DNA of 64,000 bases from Dehalococcoidia bacterium (GTDB taxonomy: Bacteria; Chloroflexota; Dehalococcoidia; Lucifugimonadales; UBA3495). The stretch spans positions 262,089 through 326,088 of the forward strand of contig JBJKVO010000001.1 of assembly GCA_045562555.1 (NCBI GenBank). Reading direction: 5' to 3'. The notes beneath the pieces are model-generated. The model had not been told where the DNA came from. It worked only from the letters and a program-made list of their open reading frames with translations, and did no database searches. Below are positions 56,774-64,000 of the stretch, piece after piece. The position numbers and the translations under genes are program-made. Every line of letters starts with the position of its first letter. Position 1 is the first letter of the stretch.

Positions 56774-57946
56774 TTAGTCTCTGGCTAAAATGACGGTGCC
56801 GGTTGATGATAATGATCCCCCGGTCCCATTTACTAGAGAAATTTGAGGGTCATTAAGCGGGTTTTGCTTGGATCTAATTTGTCGTTCCCCTGCTTCTCCT
56901 CGTAATTGCCGCACAGCTTCTACGAGCAAGAAACTGCCATACATCCCAGGATGGCTATATGACAGGCCACCTCCATTCGTATTTAATGCAAACTCTCCCC
57001 CTGGAGCCGTTCGCTGATTTTTGACAAAATCAGCAGCCTCACCGGGGCCGCAAAATCCTAGTCCTTCAAGAGATGCCATTACCGTGTAAGTGAACGAATC
57101 ATAAATCATAGTGAGGTCTATGTCGTCATGTTTAAGGCCTGCTCTTTGAAGTGCTAAAGGACCTGTAGTCCTAGATACTGTAGAGGTCATATCAGGCATC
57201 ATGCTAATCATGTTGTGATCATGAGATTCAGCCGCTCCTAATATCCAAATGGGTTTTTTAGGCGTGTCTTGGATTACCTCAGGAGAAGCTACCACAATCG
57301 CAGCCCCAGAGTCTGTGGTTAGACAGCAGTCGGGCAGATGGAATGGCCAAGAGATCCAACGGGAATTATGATAGTCATCGAATGACATAGGAGTATCGTA
57401 CATCATCGCTTTAGGATTGAGATTGGCCCACTTTCTTGTGGAAACAGCAATTTCAGCCATTCCGTCGCGAGTTTTATCTCGACCGTATTTATCCATGTAT
57501 CTAGAGCAAGCCAACGCATAATTTATCGGCTGTCCTATGAAGCCATAAGGTGTTTCATATTGGGCTATAGGTAGGTTCGGGTCGACAGGTATTCGAGCTC
57601 TTGTGGATCTGCCAGCCTGGCCGTGTGTTATGAGTGCGACTTTACAATAACCTGCCTGAATAGCTGCTACAGCGTGTGCTACGTGTATTACGAATGAAGA
57701 TCCTCCGACCGAAGTGTTGTCGGTGAATTGAGGTTCAATCCCTAAATATTCTGCTGTGAGTAATGTAGAGAATCCGGCGGTAAATAACCCATCTACATCT
57801 GAAATTTTCAGCCCAGCGTCTTCTAGCGCGTTGTAAGCGGCTTCTGCATGATGTTGTAGGGAGGACTTATTGGGGACTCTGCCTATTTCATCTGATTCAG
57901 CCACTCCTACTATAGCGGCTAATTTCTTCTGGTTTTGTAAAGTCAT
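56774..57946 (-). CDS. thiolase-superfamily protein (SCP-x/non-specific lipid-transfer-type thiolase)
   Basis: Thiolase-like fold motifs (GGSSFVIH..., NTNGGGLSYSHPG). ATG 57946 has AAGGA 8 nt upstream. No DUF35/OB partner gene is adjacent. Confidence 0.7.
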   Translation of the reverse strand: MTLQNQKKLAAIVGVAESDEIGRVPNKSSLQHHAEAAYNALEDAGLKISDVDGLFTAGFSTLLTAEYLGIEPQFTDNTSVGGSSFVIHVAHAVAAIQAGYCKVALITHGQAGRSTRARIPVDPNLPIAQYETPYGFIGQPINYALACSRYMDKYGRDKTRDGMAEIAVSTRKWANLNPKAMMYDTPMSFDDYHNSRWISWPFHLPDCCLTTDSGAAIVVASPEVIQDTPKKPIWILGAAESHDHNMISMMPDMTSTVSRTTGPLALQRAGLKHDDIDLTMIYDSFTYTVMASLEGLGFCGPGEAADFVKNQRTAPGGEFALNTNGGGLSYSHPGMYGSFLLVEAVRQLRGEAGERQIRSKQNPLNDPQISLVNGTGGSLSSTGTVILARD

Positions 57947-58070
57947 AATATGGTCCTTAAATTTTGAACTCAGTGAATAGTACACCAAATTAAATTGGGG
58001 AACAATTAGGTTTAAGCTATGGATTTTCTGGTGTACACTATTGCTGTGAATTATATTTGGGAGTTATTGG

Positions 58071-58547
58071 TTGGCGATTAGATATAATAATAAAAAAAAT
58101 CATACGCCTAGAAATTTTTGGATGGTTGTATGCGACCCTGCTAGTTTTGAAATTAGCATGGACAGAGATTTCGATATTTATCCATTATCAGGAGAGCATC
58201 GACGTAAAATTCAGAGAATAGAAGCCGGTGATCGCATTTTATTTTATGTTAATGGAACAAGAAAATTCCCTGCCACAGGTCATGTAAGCAGGCCATATCA
58301 AGATTTAACAGAGAATGTCTGGACTGATGAAGAGGCCATGGGCTGGAAATATGAGATTGGTGTAAGCACTGAAGTGTTGTTGGATCCAGATGACTATATT
58401 GACGCCTACCAAATTGCTCCAAGGCTTGAATACGTGAAAAGATGGGCTCCCGAAGATTGGCCGATGGCGTTTCAAGGGAATTTACATTTGTTGCCTAAAT
58501 CAGATTTCTATTTATTAGAAGATGAGATGAAAAAAATTAAACCCTGA
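58071..58547 (+). CDS. EVE/PUA-like domain protein
   Basis: FWMVVCDP..., IEAGDRILFYVNG, ...FQGNLHLLPKSDFYLLEDEM resemble the EVE-domain layout. Weak family-level call. TTG start with GGGAG upstream. Confidence 0.4.
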   Translation: MAIRYNNKKNHTPRNFWMVVCDPASFEISMDRDFDIYPLSGEHRRKIQRIEAGDRILFYVNGTRKFPATGHVSRPYQDLTENVWTDEEAMGWKYEIGVSTEVLLDPDDYIDAYQIAPRLEYVKRWAPEDWPMAFQGNLHLLPKSDFYLLEDEMKKIKP

Positions 58548-58552
58548 AGCAT

Positions 58553-59671
58553 TTAAGTTTCAGCTAGACCCAGGGCCATGTTGATCTCTTTGCTAACCGT
58601 TATATCTTGTTCTAAGGTGAGTGCTTGTTTTAATATTTCCATCGTTTCATATGTACTAAATTGTCCAAGGGCCCAAGCAGCGTGGCCACGGACGACAGGG
58701 TCAGATGCCCCTAAACACATAGATAATCCTGGCAAATGAGTGTTATCAACTTGATTGCCTGCAACTATGCAGGCGTTACGTCTCATACCATCATATTTTG
58801 CTCGCATGACTGGAGTTCCAGAAAACTGATTTCTAAATTCCTCTTCCGACATTTCTAGTAGGTTTTGTATCGTTGTCTGAGTTCTAGTGGTGTCAAAGTC
58901 AGGAGATGAGTGTTGTTTGGAAAAACGATTTACAGGGCATACTTCTTGGCATATGTCGCATCCAAAAACCCAGTTTCCAAATGATTTTCTCAAGTTTGTT
59001 GGCACGGTACCTCGATTCTCAATGGTATGGAAAGAAATGCACTTCGAATTAGTTATCAGATATGGTTCCGAAATAGCTTGAGTAGGGCACAGATCTATAC
59101 AGATGGTACACTCGCCACAGCTTGTTTGTAGTGGTTGATTAGGAGTTAATTTTAAATCAGTTAGAATCTCGCCAAGTAGGATCCAAGATCCATGAGTCTT
59201 GGACAGAATATTTGAGTTTTTTCCAAACCATCCTAATCCACTGCGGTTTGCTACAGCTTTATCTAACATAGGACCATCGTCAACATACCATTTAGCCTTT
59301 ATGTCAGATTGCAATGATGATTCAAGTCTAAGGACATAATCTTTGATCATTTTTTTAATGATTCTGTGATAGTCTCGTCCTTGAGCATATCTGGCTATGT
59401 AAGCATCTGTAAAATTATTGGAATTGCTCTCCTGATAGTAATTTATTCCGACGCTGATTATAGATTGTGTTTCTGGCATTAGTTGAGTCGGATCTGAACC
59501 TCTGAGTACTCTGTAAGGTGTGTACCAAGTGAGCCCGTCCATGTTCCCATTAGAAATCTGATTGATAGCATGTTCTTGTGATGTACTAAAATTTTCATTC
59601 GTAGTTACGCCTATTAAATCAAATCCACAATCCCTGCCGATCTTAATAATTCTTTCTGTCAAATGTGTCAT
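58553..59671 (-). CDS. queG: epoxyqueuosine reductase
   Basis: Two ferredoxin-type clusters (CGECTICIDLCP, CDICQEVCP), a B12-binding N-terminal domain and a C-terminal HEAT-like repeat. Confidence 0.85.
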   Translation of the reverse strand: MTHLTERIIKIGRDCGFDLIGVTTNENFSTSQEHAINQISNGNMDGLTWYTPYRVLRGSDPTQLMPETQSIISVGINYYQESNSNNFTDAYIARYAQGRDYHRIIKKMIKDYVLRLESSLQSDIKAKWYVDDGPMLDKAVANRSGLGWFGKNSNILSKTHGSWILLGEILTDLKLTPNQPLQTSCGECTICIDLCPTQAISEPYLITNSKCISFHTIENRGTVPTNLRKSFGNWVFGCDICQEVCPVNRFSKQHSSPDFDTTRTQTTIQNLLEMSEEEFRNQFSGTPVMRAKYDGMRRNACIVAGNQVDNTHLPGLSMCLGASDPVVRGHAAWALGQFSTYETMEILKQALTLEQDITVSKEINMALGLAET

Positions 59672-59672
59672 A

Positions 59673-60194
59673 TTACTCTATGTTTTCGTGTTGATAGACC
59701 CCTGAGTACCCTTCTTGTACGCTTGAGTCTGTATAGGAAAATAGCATCTGCAAGATCCTACTGTCTTGCTTCACCCTAAATATAGATTCCGTATTATTTA
59801 CTAGTAGGCATTGGGATCTCCCAGAATAACCGGCATCCCAAATCGCTGTGTGTATTGATACACCAGAACGTAAAAGACTCGATCTAGGCCTCGCTAGTGC
59901 CATGATGTTCTTAGGTAGATTAACTATTTCGTTTAAAGTTATTAGATAAGGACCTTTAGTTAATTCATAGTAGTCATCATCATTTGGCTTAACTAATTCT
60001 GTGTCAGGTAATTTTCTATCTGAATTATCCGTGCTGATTTGGGCTGAACTTGTTAGTATCTCTACACTTCTTAATGTGCAATCAAACCCATTTGGTTGAA
60101 TTTGTTCTTGCAAATTTAAGTAGTCAGAGATCAAGGGAATCCCATGATGTATCCTATTCAGAATTGTTTGCTTGCTGAGGGTACCTGTTAGCAT
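59673..60194 (-). CDS. dCTP deaminase/dUTPase-superfamily protein (archaeal-type dUTPase-like)
   Basis: NGFDCTL, ARPRSSLLRSGVSIHTAIWDAGYSG, ...YQ at the C-terminus. 173 aa. Confidence 0.6.
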   Translation of the reverse strand: MLTGTLSKQTILNRIHHGIPLISDYLNLQEQIQPNGFDCTLRSVEILTSSAQISTDNSDRKLPDTELVKPNDDDYYELTKGPYLITLNEIVNLPKNIMALARPRSSLLRSGVSIHTAIWDAGYSGRSQCLLVNNTESIFRVKQDSRILQMLFSYTDSSVQEGYSGVYQHENIE

Positions 60195-60236
60195 AATGCA
60201 CCGCCGTACAAAAATCGGGAGCAGGTTATTCTCAGG

Positions 60237-61862
60237 TTAATCTCGCATGAAGCTCTTGATGTCATCTGGAAGAGGTACAAATACTGGTATTTCGGTGACT
60301 ACAGCTTGTGTGGTTAGTAACATACCAGCTACGCTACATGCGTTTTCAACAGCTGATCTTGTTACTTTAGCAGGGTCTATTATCCCTTGGGTTACGAGAT
60401 CGCAGTATTCACCAGTTTCAGCATCAAATCCCCAATTGTCTTCAGAATTTCTTACTTTATCTACTATCACTTCGCTAGGATACCCTGCATTCTTTGCAAT
60501 TACCGCTAAGGGAGCTGTCAGGGCGTCTTTTACGATTCGCACTCCTAATGCCTCTTCCCCAGACAATTGATCCTGTAATTCTTGAAGGGTAGATTGAGCT
60601 TTTATAAGAGTAACTCCTCCTCCTGGAACTATGCCTTCCTCTACAGCGGCTCTAGTAGCTGCTAAAGCGTCTTCTGCTCTGGATTTTCTTTCATTCAATT
60701 CTGGTTCAGTAAAGGCCCCAATTTTTATTACGGCTACTCCACCTACCAGAGCGGCTAACCTTTCTTGCAGTTTTTCTCTGTCGTAGTCAGATGTTGTGTT
60801 ATCTATTTGAACTTTCAGTTGATCTACGCGTGCGGCTACATTCTGTTCTGCGCCTGATCCATCTACTATGAAGGACTCGTCTTTATTAGCAATATATCTT
60901 CTTGTGCTGCCTAAGTGGTGTAGTTCTGCAGTATCTAGCGATAATCCTGTGTCTGAGCTAATTACTGTTGCTCCGGTGAGTATCGCAACGTCTTCAAGTA
61001 ATGCTTTTCTTCGATCACCAAATCCAGGAGCCTTAACAGCGACACAGTTGAGTGCGCCACGTAGTTTATTAACCACTAGGGTAGATAAAGCCTCTCCATC
61101 TACATCTTCAGCTACTATTACAACGGATCTATTCCCTGATTCAGATATTTTTTCTAATAAGGGAACGATTTCTTGAACGGTAGATATTTTTTGATCTGTA
61201 AGTAGTATGTAAGGGTTGTCTAGCGAGACTTCCATTTTTTCAGTGTCGGAAACGAAATGAGGAGATAAATATCCTCTATCTAAGCGCATTCCTTCTACTA
61301 TTTCTAAATCGTCACCCAATGTATTAGATTCTTCAATCGTAATAATTCCTTCTTTGCCAACTTTATCCATAGCTTCCGCTATTAGCTCAGCAATGTCATT
61401 TTCATGTGCAGACAATGCAGCAACTTTACTAATTTGGTCTTTCGTACTCACGGGAATTGCGGCCTTTTCGATTTGATCTTTTACAGATTGGGCTGCTTTA
61501 TCTATTCCTGCCTTTAGAGTTATTCCGTTAGCTCCAGAAGCGACATTTTTAAACCCCTCTTGGACAATTGCCTGGCTTAGTACAATAGAGGTGGTTGTGC
61601 CATCTCCCACCATATCGTTTGTTTTTGAAGCTGCTTCTTTCACGATTTGAGCGCCCATGTTTTCATAAGGATCAGGTAGTTCAATTTCTTTAGCTATGGT
61701 TACGCCATCACTGCATACGACTGGCATGGCCCATACTCTGGTTAAAAGTACATTCCTTCCGCTTGGCCCCAAGGTGACGCTAACACATTTAGCTAGTTCG
61801 TCTACCCCTTTCATTAAACTCGAACGTGCGCTCTGGTCAAATATAAGTTGTTTTTCTGGCAT
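60237..61862 (-). CDS. groEL: chaperonin GroEL (no adjacent groES; no Gly-Met C-terminal tail)
   Basis: VTLGPSGRNVLL, DGTTTSIVL, AVKAPGFGDRRKA. Ends ...PLPDDIKSFMRD. Confidence 0.95.
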   Translation of the reverse strand: MPEKQLIFDQSARSSLMKGVDELAKCVSVTLGPSGRNVLLTRVWAMPVVCSDGVTIAKEIELPDPYENMGAQIVKEAASKTNDMVGDGTTTSIVLSQAIVQEGFKNVASGANGITLKAGIDKAAQSVKDQIEKAAIPVSTKDQISKVAALSAHENDIAELIAEAMDKVGKEGIITIEESNTLGDDLEIVEGMRLDRGYLSPHFVSDTEKMEVSLDNPYILLTDQKISTVQEIVPLLEKISESGNRSVVIVAEDVDGEALSTLVVNKLRGALNCVAVKAPGFGDRRKALLEDVAILTGATVISSDTGLSLDTAELHHLGSTRRYIANKDESFIVDGSGAEQNVAARVDQLKVQIDNTTSDYDREKLQERLAALVGGVAVIKIGAFTEPELNERKSRAEDALAATRAAVEEGIVPGGGVTLIKAQSTLQELQDQLSGEEALGVRIVKDALTAPLAVIAKNAGYPSEVIVDKVRNSEDNWGFDAETGEYCDLVTQGIIDPAKVTRSAVENACSVAGMLLTTQAVVTEIPVFVPLPDDIKSFMRD

Positions 61863-61928
61863 CCTATCTCCCTATGTTCAAAACAATAAAATGATGAGTT
61901 TTTAATATGCTTCAGTTTGTGTAAATTG

Positions 61929-62462
61929 TCAACTATTTCGCATGTTAATCAAATCTGTGCCATCCATTATAAATTCAGCTTTGGGGTGGTCTCCGAGCAT
62001 AGAAAGTAACTCCTGAGTGGGCAATTTTAGTATGGGATGTGACTTTAGTGGCTGAATATCATTTAGAGGGATTAACACAAATTCTCTATGAATTAACAAT
62101 GGGTGAGGTATGGTCAGATCTGGATGTTTTATATGTAATGAGGTACTTCCGTAATACAGTATATCTATATCTATTATCCTAGGTTGGTACAGTTTGTGGA
62201 CTGGTGTTCTACCTAAACTAGCCTCGATGTTTTTTATGGTGGTTAAAAGAGCTATTGGAGATAAGTATGTTGATGCAGATAGTACCATATTGAAGAACTT
62301 GTCTTGGCAAGGGTTCCCCCAAGGTTCTGTCTGATAAACAGGGGACACTTTATGTATCGAGCCTACGTCCTTGTCAATGAGTTCTATGCACGATCGCAAG
62401 TTTTGCAGTTTCTCGCCTATGTTAGTGCCTATCCCAAGAGATATTTCTATGGGTTGGTCCAA
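61929..62462 (-). CDS. folK: 2-amino-4-hydroxy-6-hydroxymethyldihydropteridine diphosphokinase
   Basis: LGIGTNIG..., PWGN..Q..F.N, RIIDIDIL, HPR-like ...IPHPLLIHREFVLIPL. Confidence 0.85.
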   Translation of the reverse strand: MDQPIEISLGIGTNIGEKLQNLRSCIELIDKDVGSIHKVSPVYQTEPWGNPCQDKFFNMVLSASTYLSPIALLTTIKNIEASLGRTPVHKLYQPRIIDIDILYYGSTSLHIKHPDLTIPHPLLIHREFVLIPLNDIQPLKSHPILKLPTQELLSMLGDHPKAEFIMDGTDLINMRNS

Positions 62463-63298
62463 TTATTTGGCCTCCAAGAACGAGTAATTGAATCCGTCAT
62501 AGTACATACGCGCTTCATCTGTAGCACGTCGTGCACTCTCACTATATCCACTCCTCTTGCTATGCTTATTGCCACTGTTGAAGCAGTGCCTTCTAGGCGT
62601 TCCTCTACACTCGTTCCTAATATGTGACCGATTGTAGATTTGCGAGACGTACCTATCAAAGTAGGTAGTTTTGAGGGATTAATTGATTGCAGTTCATTGA
62701 TTAATAAAAGATTATCATCTGGAGTTTTCCCAAAGCCTATCCCGGGATCTATGATTATGTTCTCCTTTAGGACTCCTGCATTTAGGGCCCTTTGAACGGT
62801 GGTGTTCAATGAATCACGTACTTCTGAGACTACATCTTGGTGATTAGTGGCTTTACTATTGTGCATAATCACTATGGGGCATTCCCATTTGTGTAAAACT
62901 TCTGTCATTTTAGGATCAGCATGTAACCCAGAAACGTCGTTAATCATATGCGCCCCTGCTTTCAAAGCTTCCAGTGCTACAGATGATTTTGATGTGTCAA
63001 TACTTATAGGCAATCCAATTTCATTTACGATTCTTTCTATCGCCGGCATGATTCTTTCTAACTCTTCATTTTCACTAACTGGAATGTGTTGTGGGCGAGT
63101 TGATTCTGCTCCTATATCAATGAAATCTGCTCCTTCTGCCATGAAGCTGCAAGCTTGCCTTAATGCTTTATCATTATCCGAGTATATGCCATCTCCTGAA
63201 AAGGAATCTGGCGTGATATTTATGATACCCATTACATATGTTCTGGTACCCCAGGTTATAAGTTCATCGTTAGCGACTCTTAAGTCGGTGAGCTTCAT
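62447..63298 (-). CDS. folP: dihydropteroate synthase
   Basis: VMGIINITPDSFSGDG, DIGAESTRP, INDVSG. Overlaps folK by 16 nt. Confidence 0.9.
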   Translation of the reverse strand: MKLTDLRVANDELITWGTRTYVMGIINITPDSFSGDGIYSDNDKALRQACSFMAEGADFIDIGAESTRPQHIPVSENEELERIMPAIERIVNEIGLPISIDTSKSSVALEALKAGAHMINDVSGLHADPKMTEVLHKWECPIVIMHNSKATNHQDVVSEVRDSLNTTVQRALNAGVLKENIIIDPGIGFGKTPDDNLLLINELQSINPSKLPTLIGTSRKSTIGHILGTSVEERLEGTASTVAISIARGVDIVRVHDVLQMKRVCTMTDSITRSWRPNNWTNP

Positions 63299-63379
63299 GT
63301 ATACACTTCCTTTCTGGAGATAACTGTGGAAATTTTACCATTTTGATGTCGATTGCACCTTAAATTGCCGTCTGCTAGT

Positions 63380-64000
63380 ATGGAACTACTCGAGAGGTGT
63401 GTTTTGGAAGACAAATATAATCCTATGAAAAACGAATTAGATGAACTCAATTCTAGACGTGAATCAGGACGGCAAGGCGGTGGAGCCGCCCGAATTGAGC
63501 AACAGCATAGTCGCGGGAAATTGACTGCTAGGGAACGAATAATACTACTGATGGATGACGGTGAGTTTACCGAGATCGATTCATTCGTTACTCATCGGGC
63601 TGTAGATTTTGGAATGAAAGACCGGAAAATAGCCGGTGATGCTGTAGTGACCGGGTATGGGAAAATAGCGGGCAAACAGGTTTTTGTTTATTCTCAGGAT
63701 TTTACCGTACTTGGAGGATCTTTATCTGAAGTAGTGGGCGAGAAAATATGCAAAATAATGGACATGGCTGCCAAGACAGGTTGTCCAGTCGTAGGGATAA
63801 ATGATTCAGGCGGTGCTCGTATTCAGGAAGGAACACTGAGTCTTGCGGCTTATGGAGAGATATTTCTAAGGAATACGTTATATTCGGGTGTAATACCTCA
63901 AATTTCAGTAATTATGGGGCCTTCTGCGGGAGGAGCTGTTTATTCTCCAGCAATTACCGATTTTATTTTCATGGTGCAAGGTACAGGTCAGATGTATATA
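63380..64000 (+). CDS. acyl-CoA carboxylase carboxyltransferase (beta) subunit, propionyl-CoA carboxylase/methylmalonyl-CoA carboxyltransferase type, 5' part (runs off the window end)
   Basis: My own translation gives ...[27 protein letters not shown]...[29 protein letters not shown]...[11 protein letters not shown]...[12 protein letters not shown]. The start is ATG 63380 or, in frame, ATG 63425. Confidence 0.85.
   Translation, partial: MELLERCVLEDKYNPMKNELDELNSRRESGRQGGGAARIEQQHSRGKLTARERIILLMDDGEFTEIDSFVTHRAVDFGMKDRKIAGDAVVTGYGKIAGKQVFVYSQDFTVLGGSLSEVVGEKICKIMDMAAKTGCPVVGINDSGGARIQEGTLSLAAYGEIFLRNTLYSGVIPQISVIMGPSAGGAVYSPAITDFIFMVQGTGQMYI

Noticed and set aside
57989-58070. Imperfect inverted repeat AATAGTACACCA ... 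TGGTGTACACTATT between the thiolase-like and EVE-like genes, possibly a TetR/FadR-type operator.
   Set aside because: The arms differ by an indel and are about 50 nt apart. Only the GTGTACAC core is palindromic. Evidence is insufficient.

Overview
AT-rich, densely packed chromosomal window of about 70 protein genes. Almost all are housekeeping. I saw no rRNA, CRISPR array, IS element, integrase or phage genes.

Gene content in order:
- gyrA 5' end, XdhC/MocA-type Moco accessory genes, tRNA-Lys(CTT) and tRNA-Leu(TAG), two OppD/F-type ABC ATPases.
- lepA, galU, a long Bacillus-type SRP RNA, rsmA-ispE-lgt.
- Two divergent operons that each carry a fabF. One also has a B12-binding radical SAM enzyme; the other has an SDR and folC.
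- alaS-ruvX, tRNA-Gln(TTG), a dapB-like gene, a TPP riboswitch in front of a sodium:solute symporter, an LLM-type oxidoreductase, ribH.
- An ino1-pimA-CDP-alcohol phosphatidyltransferase block.
- dnaJ-prmA followed by an atypical kinase-like gene and a PP2C-like gene.
- rny, a PHP phosphoesterase, two divergent PlsY-family genes flanking recA, an IMPase, trpS, gyrB, rpsT, amt, lexA.
- nusA-infB-rbfA-truB, a moeB/thiF-like gene with a cysK/M-type gene, ychF, queG, groEL without groES, folP-folK, and the 5' part of an acyl-CoA carboxyltransferase gene.

RNase Y, the Alu-domain SRP RNA, GAAC-N4-GTTC-type SOS boxes, the LLM enzyme and the small Cys4 protein point to a Chloroflexota- or Actinomycetota-like marine bacterium. 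This is inference only.

Most interesting observations:
1. A glutaredoxin-like ORF whose TGA stop is followed by exactly two codons and TAA, plus a nearby hairpin. It is a candidate U-x-x-stop selenoprotein.
2. Two near-identical promoter cassettes with a palindrome in the spacer. One drives a histone-H1-like gene and the other a 47-aa zinc-ribbon gene that is missing from the ORF track. The second also carries an SOS-like box.
3. Terminator/antiterminator leaders in front of both the moeB-like and cysK-like genes.
4. A B12-radical SAM enzyme with a long helical tail, co-transcribed with fabF.
5. A minimal kinase-like/PP2C pair appended to dnaJ-prmA.

No single obvious multi-gene novel system, such as a defence island, is visible. 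All functional claims rest on reading motifs by eye.
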